Shown one piece after another: positions 20,720 to 31,008 of a stretch of 64,000 nucleotides of DNA. The stretch covers positions 9,996 through 73,995 of the forward strand of contig DVIL01000014.1 of the NCBI GenBank assembly GCA_018711305.1, in the 5' to 3' direction. A model generated the notes under the pieces. It was not told where the DNA came from, did not search any database, and saw only the letters and a list, made by a program, of their open reading frames with translations. The number at the start of each line of letters is the position of its first letter. Position 1 is the first letter of the stretch. The position numbers were made by a program, and so were the translations under genes. The stretch is from Candidatus Coprenecus stercorigallinarum. Lineage in GTDB: Bacteria > Bacteroidota > Bacteroidia > Bacteroidales > UBA932.

Positions 20720-21700
20720 ATGAAAAGAATCAACTTCCTTACCCTTACCGCCGCTGCGGTACTCTCCCTGTCAGCGGTGTCCTGCAACACTTCCGCGAGT
20801 GTGTCCTCCAGTGTGCCGGAGGACCGCTCCCAGGAGTGGAAGGCTCTTGAGCAGCCGCTTAATTTCTACATTGCCAACGACCTGGGCCGCAACGGCTATT
20901 ATGACCAGAAGCCGATAGCGGAGACTATGGGCAGGATGGCCGAGACCATTGACATCGAGTTTGTGGTAGCTGCCGGAGACGTGCATCACTTCGAGGGCGT
21001 GCAGAGTGTCAGCGACCCTCTGTGGATGACCAACTATGAGCTCATATACTCCCATCCCGACCTGATGACCCCCTGGTATGCCATCTGCGGCAACCACGAG
21101 TACCGCAGCAATACCCAGGCCTGCATCGATTACAGCCAGGTGAGCGCCCGCTGGAACATGCCTTCGCGCTACTACACCTTCGTAAAGGAGGAGGACGGCG
21201 TGGAGATACGTATCGTGATGATCGACACCACCCCGCTCATAGACAAGTACCGCGAGGAGACCGACAAGTATGCCGACGCTTCCAAGTCCGACTACCGCGA
21301 GCAGCTGGCATGGCTGGACAGGACCCTGTCGGAGGCGGATGAGGACTGGGTGATCGTGGTGGGCCACCATCCGATCTATGCCTACACGGACAAGGACGAG
21401 AGCGAGCGCACCGACATGCAGGAGCGCGTGAACTCCATCCTGCTCAGGCATGACAACGTGGATATGTACGTGTGCGGCCACCTGCATACTTTCCAGCATA
21501 TCCGCAAGGACGGCAGCGATATCGACTACGTGGTCAACACTTCCGGTTCGCTGAGCCGGGACGTGGAAGCCATCGAGGGTACCGTCTTCTGCAGCTCCGA
21601 GTCCGGCTGGTCCCTGGTGACCGTTTCCGCCGACACCCTGAGCCTGCACATGCTGGACAAGACAGGCAAGGTCCTCCATACTGTTACACGCACTAAGTAG
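20720..21700 (+). CDS. metallophosphoesterase, purple-acid-phosphatase (ACP5)-like, exported
   Basis: Signal peptide plus GDVHH, GNHEY, VVGHHPIY and GHLHTFQH metallophosphatase motifs. Confidence 0.85.
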   Translation: MKRINFLTLTAAAVLSLSAVSCNTSASVSSSVPEDRSQEWKALEQPLNFYIANDLGRNGYYDQKPIAETMGRMAETIDIEFVVAAGDVHHFEGVQSVSDPLWMTNYELIYSHPDLMTPWYAICGNHEYRSNTQACIDYSQVSARWNMPSRYYTFVKEEDGVEIRIVMIDTTPLIDKYREETDKYADASKSDYREQLAWLDRTLSEADEDWVIVVGHHPIYAYTDKDESERTDMQERVNSILLRHDNVDMYVCGHLHTFQHIRKDGSDIDYVVNTSGSLSRDVEAIEGTVFCSSESGWSLVTVSADTLSLHMLDKTGKVLHTVTRTK

Positions 21701-21721
21701 CATAAGCGGGCATAACGCGGC

Positions 21722-21824
21722 CCGTCAGGATATAAGAATACCTCCGGAAACTTTGGCTCCCGAAAAGGGAGGGGACCCGCCGCAGGTGGGGAGGATTTCC
21801 GGAGGTATTCTTATATCCTGACGG
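21722..21824. repeat. palindromic element: perfect 29-bp inverted repeat enclosing a 45-nt G-rich core
   Basis: Arms are 21722-21750 and 21796-21824, exact reverse complements. Loop is CTTTGGCTCCCGAAAAGGGAGGGGACCCGCCGCAGGTGGGGAGGA. Confidence 0.9.
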
Positions 21825-21973
21825 ATTGTCGGATGTACAGCGAGGTCTTTGTCCCGAACAGCACATTGACGTAAGGCACTTTCATGGCTTTACCCATAGC
21901 ACTGAGGCGAGGCCATTCCGACGAACCGCTACATGCCGGCTATTGGGGGCTATCGGCTATCCTATCCGGTCAC

Positions 21974-22019
21974 ATACCACAACGGCACCGATTCCCGCGA
22001 AATGCTGCCGTTGTGGTAT
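21974..22019 (+). repeat. REP-like hairpin, copy A1
   Basis: CCACAACGGCA / TGCCGTTGTGG 11-bp stem (extendable to 14 bp) with 18-nt loop CCGATTCCCGCGAAATGC. Confidence 0.7.
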
Positions 22020-22083
22020 TGTCGGTTTTCTTGTGGTGCTTCTACAGGTCGCTCTATGGCTGGTTCCCTATCCTGCCCCTTTC

Positions 22084-22121
22084 CGCACCGGCAGCAAATC
22101 CCACGATTCGGTGCCGGTGCG
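22084..22121 (-). repeat. REP-like hairpin, copy A2, inverted relative to A1
   Basis: The reverse complement reads CGCACCGGCA-CCGAATCGTGGGATTTGC-TGCCGGTGCG. Same architecture as A1, with compensated stem changes. Confidence 0.7.
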
Positions 22122-22165
22122 ACAGTCCCTGCCTCTAACATGTGTGAAAAGTGCAACTCTTATAT

Positions 22166-22341
22166 GTCACTAAAAAAGATAGTTAAATTCAAGAGCGTAA
22201 GTATCAGTTGTTTAACTGTAACGATATTGTTTAGTGGCTCAAATACACCGTACTATACGGCAAAGTGTACCCATATAGCAAATTACAGAATTGGAACTTA
22301 TTGACTATGAGGAGATTCTGTTTAACGAGATTGTTTAGTGG
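22166..22341 (+). repeat. 176-nt module A with three TTTAAC-N7-TTTAGTG motifs (one inverted, two direct)
   Basis: Motifs at 22166-22187 (inverted), 22211-22238 and 22321-22341. The paralogous module at 54916-55091 has identical 45-nt and 110-nt motif spacing. Confidence 0.65.
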
Positions 22342-22557
22342 ATTGATTTGGCTGAGCTGATGACACCGAATGCATACAGGACACTGATTACCCCAGAGAG
22401 CAGACAGGAAGGATAGACGTGCATCATCATAGCCAGAAGCCGCGCATCGTGATGGTACTTTGCCGGTGGCGATTCAGCGATTACGATGTTTGCATGGCTT
22501 ACAATGTTTACGTGGTTGACGGTGATAGTGTGTTCCTGATGCACAGTTTCTCTGACG

Positions 22558-23004
22558 TTATTCCGGAGAATAGCGGCGGAGGTCCTTTTCCTTGATGGAT
22601 TCGCGCTTGTCGTATTCTTTCTTGCCCCGTGCGAGGGCGATGTCAAGCTTGGCATAGCCGGTCTCGGAGATGAAGAGACGTCGGGTAACGATGGTCAGGC
22701 CCTTCTCCTTGACGGCGCGGGCCAGCTTGCGGAGCTCCTTGCGGGTGAGCAGCAGCTTCCGGTCCCGTTTCGGGTCATGGCGGTTGAAAGTGCCCCACCA
22801 GTACTCGGCAATGTGCATGTTCTTGACATAGAGCTCCCCTCCGGAAAAATAACACCAGCTGTCCACCAACGAGGCCTTACCTGCGCGGATGGATTTTATC
22901 TCAGTGCCGGTAAGAACTATTCCTGCGGTGTAGTTTTCCAGAAATTCGTATTCGTACGAAGCCTTTTTGTTGCGGATCTCTATTTTGCTTTTAGCTTTGG
23001 ACAT
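22558..23004 (-). CDS. smpB: SsrA-binding protein SmpB
   Basis: [12 protein letters not shown]...[13 protein letters not shown]...[12 protein letters not shown]. Start set at ATG 23004 because a -7 box lies at 23010-23017. Confidence 0.93.
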   Translation of the reverse strand: MSKAKSKIEIRNKKASYEYEFLENYTAGIVLTGTEIKSIRAGKASLVDSWCYFSGGELYVKNMHIAEYWWGTFNRHDPKRDRKLLLTRKELRKLARAVKEKGLTIVTRRLFISETGYAKLDIALARGKKEYDKRESIKEKDLRRYSPE

Positions 23005-23009
23005 GGGCG

Positions 23010-23017
23010 CAAAGATA
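23010..23017 (-). promoter_or_regulatory. candidate -7 box (TATCTTTG) for smpB; implies a leaderless mRNA
   Basis: Perfect TAnnTTTG on the minus strand ending 5 nt before ATG 23004. Confidence 0.4.
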
Positions 23018-23123
23018 GCCAAAATTCCTTTTTTGCCTCAAAAAAGCCGGAAATTGAACATTAAAAGCAGGAATTTTAACATGTAAAATAATAGGATTGG
23101 CACACTACTTGGAATAATAATGA

Positions 23124-24906
<1,783 letters not shown>

Positions 24907-24934
<28 letters not shown>

Positions 24935-26022
24935 CGGTAATTGCGATGCTCGCGGCAGCCTTCCTGCTGTTTCCGGTGCATACGTCTGCAGCCATACCGG
25001 CCGGTAATCCTGCCGCTCCGGAGGAGGAAGTGGATGTCAAGTCCATTGTCCTGGAGCATCTGAACGACAGCTACTGGTGGCATATAGGCACTTTCGGAGG
25101 CCGCAGTGTCTCCCTGTGGCTGCCGGTGATCGTGCGCTCGTCGGATGGAGGATGGCACTGCTTTTCCTCCCGTCATCTGGCCGGTGGGGCATCATGGGAG
25201 GGGTTCAGCATCGCCTCTGACGGAAAGTATGAGGGGAAAGTCGTGGAGACTTTGTCCGACGGCAGTACCGTAAGACCCTTTGACCTGTCCATGACCAGGA
25301 CCGTGACGGCTCTCCTCCTCAACAGCGTGATTGTGCTGATGGTGATTCTTATCCCCGCGGGATGGTATCGCCGTCACAAGGATGTCCGGGAGCAGCCCAA
25401 GGGTTTCACCGCCTTTATGGAAATGGCCATCGAGGGTTTGCAGGACGATCTGATCAAGCCGTGCGTGGGAGAGAACTGGAAGAGATTCTCGCCGTTCCTC
25501 CTTACGGTATTCTTTTTCATCCTGGTATGCAACTTCATGAGTCTGATACCGTTCTTCCCCGGAGGAGTCAACGTGACCGGCAATATCGCCGTTACATTCG
25601 TGCTGGCTCTGGCGTCATTCCTTGTCATCAACATATTCGGAGGCAGGGCATACTGGAAGGACATATTCTGGCCTGACGTGCCTGTCTGGCTCAAGGTCCC
25701 CGTCCCTTTCATGCCGGTCATAGAGTTCATCGGCATATTCACCAAGCCGTTTGCGTTGATGATACGACTTTTCGCCAACATGGTGGGCGGTCATGCGGCT
25801 ATTCTCTGCCTGGTGTGCATCGTCTTTGTGACGGCCGGAATGGGAGTGGCGATGAACGCTTCGATGACTGTGGTGTCGGTGCTGTTTACAGTCTTCATGA
25901 ACTGCCTGGAGGTCCTTGTGGCTTTCCTGCAGGCATATGTGTTTACGATGCTCTCAGGCGTCTTTATAGGACTGGCACAGGAGGGCAAGAAAGAAACTAA
26001 AACGAAAAAAACCAAAAAGTAG
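24907..26022 (+). CDS. atpB: F0F1 ATP synthase subunit a with long N-terminal extension
   Basis: The C-terminal 200 aa carry the subunit-a pattern (LMIRLFANMVGGH). The N-terminal ~160 aa begin with a signal-like segment. Alternative start at ATG 24946. Confidence 0.85.
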
Positions 26023-26039
26023 AAAAATAAAACGTTTAA

Positions 26040-26267
<228 letters not shown>

Positions 26268-26279
26268 CGTATCCGGACT

Positions 26280-26786
26280 ATGGGACTGTTGCAACCGGAA
26301 CCGGGACTGCTTATCTGGATGACGCTGGCTTTTGCCGTCGTGTTCATCCTGCTGGCCAAATTCGGCTTCCCTGTAATCAGGAAGTCGGTGGAGCAGCGCA
26401 GGGAGTATATTGACTCCTCTCTGGCCGCTGCCGGTGAGGCCCGGAAAAAGCTGGATGACCTGCAGCAGGAGATGAATGCAGTGCGTCAGGATGCCGAGAG
26501 ACAGAAGACCGAGATACTCCGTTCGGCTGTCCAGACCAGGGAACAGCTTATAGCCGAGGCCCGCAGGAAAGCGGGGGAGGAGGGTGAGAAGATCATCGCC
26601 GCAGCCAAGGCGAGCGCCAGGCTCGAGAGCGATGCCATCATCCGTGAGGCCAGACATCAGGTAGCCCTGCTCTCCATTGCCGTCAGCGAGCGTCTGCTGC
26701 GGGAACGCCTGTCTTCCGACCCTAAGGGACAGACTGCTTTGGCTGAAAGACTGCTGGCAGAAATGGATCCTGAAAAGAAGGAGTAG
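26280..26786 (+). CDS. atpF: F0F1 ATP synthase subunit b
   Basis: 168 aa. One N-terminal TM helix followed by a long charged helix. Operon position. Confidence 0.88.
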   Translation: MGLLQPEPGLLIWMTLAFAVVFILLAKFGFPVIRKSVEQRREYIDSSLAAAGEARKKLDDLQQEMNAVRQDAERQKTEILRSAVQTREQLIAEARRKAGEEGEKIIAAAKASARLESDAIIREARHQVALLSIAVSERLLRERLSSDPKGQTALAERLLAEMDPEKKE

Positions 26787-26791
26787 AAGTT

Positions 26792-27346
26792 ATGGATACA
26801 GGATTGATATCGAGACGTTATGCCAAGGCTCTTGCGGAATATTCCGCATCCATCGGGGAAGAATCCCTGGTGTATGAGCAGTTGCGTCCTTTTGCAGGGC
26901 AGTTCGACTACCTGCCCCAGGTGCGGGAGGCCGTTCTGTCCCCTTCGTTGCCGATAGAAGAGAAGGCAGCCGTGATTTTCGGTATCTTCAAGGGCGGGCC
27001 GTGCCGCTCCCTGCGGGACTTCGTGCTGCTTGTGCTGCGTCATCATAGGGAATCCTGCTTTTTCATAATGCTCCACTCCTTTCTTGCCCTGTATCGCGAA
27101 AGGCACAACATCAGGGAGGCCCAGCTGATTACGGCGGTACCTCTCGGAAAGGAGGTGGAAGACATTATCCGTTCGAAGGTGCGGGATGTCGGCCATTGTA
27201 CCGTCAATATCACCGGTAAAGTGGATCCGGACATCATAGGGGGCTTCGTATTCCGTATGGGAGATCTGTTGATAGATGCCAGTATCGCATCCCAGATCAA
27301 GCTGCTGCGCAAGAAACTGGGTATGGAGCCTGTCAGGAAAATTTGA
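26792..27346 (+). CDS. atpH: F0F1 ATP synthase subunit delta
   Basis: 184 aa. RRYAKALAEY opening and IIGGFVFRMGDLLIDASI OSCP-like C-terminus. Confidence 0.9.
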   Translation: MDTGLISRRYAKALAEYSASIGEESLVYEQLRPFAGQFDYLPQVREAVLSPSLPIEEKAAVIFGIFKGGPCRSLRDFVLLVLRHHRESCFFIMLHSFLALYRERHNIREAQLITAVPLGKEVEDIIRSKVRDVGHCTVNITGKVDPDIIGGFVFRMGDLLIDASIASQIKLLRKKLGMEPVRKI

Positions 27347-27374
27347 ATGTTGTTTTATTGAATAAAGAACAGAA

Positions 27375-28964
27375 ATGAGTGATAAATCCAATAAGATAAA
27401 GCCTTCGGAGGTTCCGCAGATTCTGCTCTCCGAATTGCAGGGTATCGATCTCGGAGCCCAGTATGCCGAGGTCGGGACTGTCCTTCAGGTAAGCGACGGT
27501 GTGGTGCGTATTTTCGGTCTGCGCAATGCCGAGGCCAGTGAACTGTTGGAGTTTGACGGCGGAATGAAGGCTGTGGTGATGAATCTCGAAGAGGACAATG
27601 TCGGAGCCGTGCTGCTTGGTCCTACCGATCTGGTCAAGGAAGGGGATATGGTGCGGCGTACCGGCAGGACAGTGTCCATCGATGTGAGTGAGGCAATGCT
27701 CGGCAGGGTCATCAATCCGTTGGGAGACCCTATCGACGGAGGCGGTGAGATCGGAGGCGTGAAGACCGAGATGCCCTTGGACCGCAAGGCTCCCGGTGTC
27801 ATCTTCCGCCAGCCGGTCAGCGAGCCTCTGCAGACAGGTCTGAAGGCTATCGATGCGATGATACCTATCGGACGAGGACAGAGGGAGCTGATCATCGGTG
27901 ACCGCCAGACGGGAAAGACGGCGATAGCTGTGGATACGATTATCAACCAGAGGGCCTGCTATGAGGCAGGGGAACCTGTCTACTGCATTTACGTGGCCGT
28001 GGGTCAGAAGGCGTCGACAGTTGCGGCTTTGGTCGATACGTTGCGCAAATACGGGGCCATGGACTATACTGTGGTGGTAGCCGCTATGGCAGCCGATTCG
28101 GCAGCCATGCGTTACTATGCCCCCTTTACCGGTGCCGCTATAGGAGAGTATTTCCGTGATACCGGACGACATGCGCTGGTGGTGTATGACGATCTTTCAA
28201 AACAGGCAGTTGCCTATAGGGAGGTGTCTCTGATTCTGCGCAGACCTTCAGGGAGGGAGGCCTATCCGGGAGATATATTCTATCTGCATTCGCGTCTGCT
28301 GGAAAGGGCGGCCAGGATCATCTCCCAGGAGGAGGTGGCACGTCAGATGAACGATATCCCTCCGGCTCTGAAGGACAAGGTGCGCGGAGGCGGTTCGCTG
28401 ACTGCTCTGCCTATCATTGAAACCCAGGCAGGGGATGTCTCGGCCTATATTCCTACCAATGTGATTTCTATTACGGACGGACAGATATTCCTTGATACGG
28501 ACCTTTTCAATGAAGGGAATCTTCCGGCTGTAGATGTGGGAATCTCCGTATCCCGTGTAGGAGGCAACGCGCAGGTAAAGGCGATGAAGAAGGTGGCCGG
28601 TACACTGAAGATAGACCAGGCCCAGTACCGGGAGCTGGAGTCGTTCTCCAAGTTCAGCAGCGATATGGATCCTGTGACGGCCGCAGTCCTGGACCGCGGG
28701 CGCAAGAACACCCGTCTGCTGGTACAGCCCCAGTATGCTCCCATGCCGGTGGGCGAGCAGATAGCCGTGCTTTACTGTGGAACACACGGTCTGCTCAAGG
28801 ACGTACCGCTGGAGCATGTCCCCGATTTCGAAAGACTTCTGATAGAGGCGCTCAAACCTGTCGGAGTGTTCGAAACTCTGGCTTCCGACGGACTTACCGA
28901 AGAAGCTTGCAAGGCAATTGAAAATGCTGCCGCCGAAGTGGCCGGCTCACTTAAAATCTCGTAG
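27375..28964 (+). CDS. atpA: F0F1 ATP synthase subunit alpha
   Basis: 529 aa. [18 protein letters not shown] Walker A and ITDGQIFL motif. Confidence 0.97.
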   Translation: MSDKSNKIKPSEVPQILLSELQGIDLGAQYAEVGTVLQVSDGVVRIFGLRNAEASELLEFDGGMKAVVMNLEEDNVGAVLLGPTDLVKEGDMVRRTGRTVSIDVSEAMLGRVINPLGDPIDGGGEIGGVKTEMPLDRKAPGVIFRQPVSEPLQTGLKAIDAMIPIGRGQRELIIGDRQTGKTAIAVDTIINQRACYEAGEPVYCIYVAVGQKASTVAALVDTLRKYGAMDYTVVVAAMAADSAAMRYYAPFTGAAIGEYFRDTGRHALVVYDDLSKQAVAYREVSLILRRPSGREAYPGDIFYLHSRLLERAARIISQEEVARQMNDIPPALKDKVRGGGSLTALPIIETQAGDVSAYIPTNVISITDGQIFLDTDLFNEGNLPAVDVGISVSRVGGNAQVKAMKKVAGTLKIDQAQYRELESFSKFSSDMDPVTAAVLDRGRKNTRLLVQPQYAPMPVGEQIAVLYCGTHGLLKDVPLEHVPDFERLLIEALKPVGVFETLASDGLTEEACKAIENAAAEVAGSLKIS

Positions 28965-28969
28965 GAACT

Positions 28970-29887
28970 ATGGCAGCGCTGAAAGAGTTGAAGGAGCGTA
29001 TCGCTTCCGTACAGAGTACCCTGAAGATTACCTCGGCGATGAAGATGGTCTCATCGGCCAAACTTTTGAGGGTGCAGTCCTCCATGGAGGCTCTGGCGGA
29101 ATACGAACGGCATTTCTCCGATATAGTGGCGGCTCTGGTCAGCGACCCGGATGTAGAGGTGGCTTCGCCTCTTACACTCGAGCACGGAGAAAAGAGCCGG
29201 GCCTGCATTGTGGCTTTTGCCTCTGACGGCTCGCTCTGCGGGGCTTTCAATGCAAATGCCCTGCGTGAGGCAGTAACGGCGGTGGAGGATCTTTTAGCGG
29301 AAGGTTTCAAGCGTGTGACAGTCTATCCTATAGGGGAAAAAATGGTGCAGGGGATGAACAGGTATACTGCCGCGCGCGTAGGAAAAGATGCCGGCAGCTA
29401 CGGAAGCGGTGAAGTCGATCTTTGCCTGGATTACAGGTATCTGGCCGGGAAACACTCCTTCGATGGGATTGTCCCTCTTGCAGACAGTCTTATGACAGAT
29501 TTCCTTGCGGGCAGGTGCGACAGAGTCTGCATCACCCGTTGCCATTTCCACTCGATGGGGCGTCAGACCCCTATGCGGGAGCAGTTGCTGCCGTTCAACC
29601 GCGTCAGCCGTGCAAATGTAGACCGTACGACAGCCGTTGACTACATTCTGGAGCCGGGCCCCGATACCCTGCTGGATGCCCTGTTGCCGTCCTCTATCCG
29701 TATCATCCTGTACAACGCACTCCTTGACAGCATTACTGCCGAGAACGCAGCAAGAATGGTGGCGATGCAGACAGCTACTGACAATGCCAAGGAACTTTCG
29801 GATGAACTGACACTCGAGTATAACAAAAGCCGCCAGCAGGCCATTACTTCCGAGCTGGCGGATATTACTTCCACTTCCGAAGGCTGA
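28970..29887 (+). CDS. atpG: F0F1 ATP synthase subunit gamma
   Basis: 305 aa. LKELKERIASVQSTLKITSAMKMVS opening and ITSELADI C-terminus. Confidence 0.93.
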   Translation: MAALKELKERIASVQSTLKITSAMKMVSSAKLLRVQSSMEALAEYERHFSDIVAALVSDPDVEVASPLTLEHGEKSRACIVAFASDGSLCGAFNANALREAVTAVEDLLAEGFKRVTVYPIGEKMVQGMNRYTAARVGKDAGSYGSGEVDLCLDYRYLAGKHSFDGIVPLADSLMTDFLAGRCDRVCITRCHFHSMGRQTPMREQLLPFNRVSRANVDRTTAVDYILEPGPDTLLDALLPSSIRIILYNALLDSITAENAARMVAMQTATDNAKELSDELTLEYNKSRQQAITSELADITSTSEG

Positions 29888-29923
29888 TAGTGTTGGGTGT
29901 TTTCCCCTGTGTCCGGACAGCCG

Positions 29924-30014
29924 TAAAATATATCTTCCTCTGAGGATCCTCCCCACCTTCGGTGGGTCCCCTCCCTTTTCGGGAGCCAAAGTCCTCAGAG
30001 GAAGATATATTTTA
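29924..30014. repeat. palindromic element: perfect 23-bp inverted repeat enclosing the same 45-nt core in opposite orientation
   Basis: Arms are 29924-29946 and 29992-30014. The reverse complement of the loop is 43/45 identical to the 21751-21795 core. Confidence 0.9.
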
Positions 30015-30037
30015 GGCCGGTTGAGCCTGAACGGAAC

Positions 30038-30628
30038 TTACAGCATGAGAGCTTTTGCTACGGTATGCGCTGTTTCGGCTCCTGCTATGTGCTCTAAAAT
30101 CTTCAGACCGAATGCCACCGCATGTCCCGGACCGCTGGCGGAGATGATGTTCCCGTCCTCGACAACGCCCTGGCGCGGGTCAATGACGGTGACACCCTTT
30201 TCTACGAGTGCGGATTCACAACCTTCGTAGGAGGCCATTGTGAGGCTTCCTTTTGTCCTGACCACTTCTTCCAGAGGAAGCTGTGAGAGGACGAAGCCGG
30301 GTGCTGCGCAGATGGCGGCTACTGTACCGCCTTCAGCGAAATGGCTTTGCATTTTGTTCATGAGAGGGCTGCATGCGGCAAGATTGGACGTGCCTGGCAT
30401 ACCGCCGGGGAAAATCATGACGTCTTCCTTGCGTATGTCATCGAGGGAGTACTGTCCCAGAGTGCATTCGGCGTTGACGCTGATGCGCTGGGCGCTGGTG
30501 ACCGACAGACTGTCACTGATGGAGATGAGGTTGAGCTCGACGCCTCCTCTGACGAGGATGTCGGCTGGGGCCATGGCTTCGGTAATCTCGAAACCTTCGG
30601 CCAGAAACAGAAATGCGCGTGAGTTCAT
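30038..30628 (-). CDS. DJ-1/PfpI family protein
   Basis: 196 aa with the AAICAAPG nucleophile-elbow motif. Confidence 0.88.
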   Translation of the reverse strand: MNSRAFLFLAEGFEITEAMAPADILVRGGVELNLISISDSLSVTSAQRISVNAECTLGQYSLDDIRKEDVMIFPGGMPGTSNLAACSPLMNKMQSHFAEGGTVAAICAAPGFVLSQLPLEEVVRTKGSLTMASYEGCESALVEKGVTVIDPRQGVVEDGNIISASGPGHAVAFGLKILEHIAGAETAHTVAKALML

Positions 30629-30646
30629 AATGTCGGAGTTAAAAGG

Positions 30647-30961
30647 TTACAATAATGTAGCAACAATGGCTGATGATACACCTGCCACGCCTATCGCTGC
30701 CGCTATCAGGGCGAATACGAAGAGTATCATGATGAGGCCCAGCAGGGAAATGACGAATCCGGCTATGGCCAGCCCTCTCGGGGCCTTGAACATGCCGATA
30801 AAGGAGAAGAGCAGCCCGAGGGCCCAGGTGAACCACCCGAAGACCGGTATCCAGCCCAGGAGCAGAGTCAGGACAGCCAGGACGAAACCCGCTGTCCCGA
30901 GGCCGTTGGTACGTCTTTCGACATACACCGTGCGGTTATATCTGTCGTCGTAAACTTCCAT
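30647..30961 (-). CDS. small membrane protein (about three TM helices), unknown function
   Basis: 104 aa from ATG 30961, very hydrophobic. A -7 box lies 36 nt upstream. Confidence 0.55.
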   Translation of the reverse strand: MEVYDDRYNRTVYVERRTNGLGTAGFVLAVLTLLLGWIPVFGWFTWALGLLFSFIGMFKAPRGLAIAGFVISLLGLIMILFVFALIAAAIGVAGVSSAIVATLL

Positions 30962-30996
30962 AGTATGGCAAATATACGCATAAGCCGGGAGTGGAG

Positions 30997-31004
30997 CAAA
31001 TTTA
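30997..31004 (-). promoter_or_regulatory. candidate -7 box (TAAATTTG) for the small membrane protein / DJ-1 genes
   Basis: Perfect TAnnTTTG on the minus strand upstream of ATG 30961. Confidence 0.4.
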
Positions 31005-31008
31005 TTTG

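Noticed and set aside
21822-21905. 28-codon minus-strand ORF MGKAMKVPYVNVLFGTKTSLYIRQSVRI running into the arm of the 21722 palindrome
   Set aside because: It could be the beheaded 5' end of a lost gene. It is too short, and has no recognisable motif, to support a call.
22166-22341. Mini CRISPR array formed by the TTTAAC...TTTAGTGG direct repeats
   Set aside because: There are only two direct copies plus one inverted copy. The repeats are imperfect, the spacer is about 85 nt, and there are no cas genes. A paralog with identical spacing exists at 54916. This is not CRISPR-like.
21830-22557. tmRNA (ssrA) or another classical RNA gene next to smpB
   Set aside because: I looked on both strands for a tRNA-like 5' GGGG.. 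/ 3' ..TCCACCA end, a T-arm (GGTTCGA-type) and a tag reading frame ending ..ALAA-stop, and found none. I also saw no RNase P (GGAAAGTCCGG) or SRP (GGAAGCAGCC) cores. The region is better explained by repeat modules.
22335-22655. 106-aa ORF overlapping the 3' end of smpB
   Set aside because: It is out of frame with smpB over about 100 nt, has His/Val-rich odd composition, and runs into module A, where the repeat supplies its stop codon. It shows no motifs.
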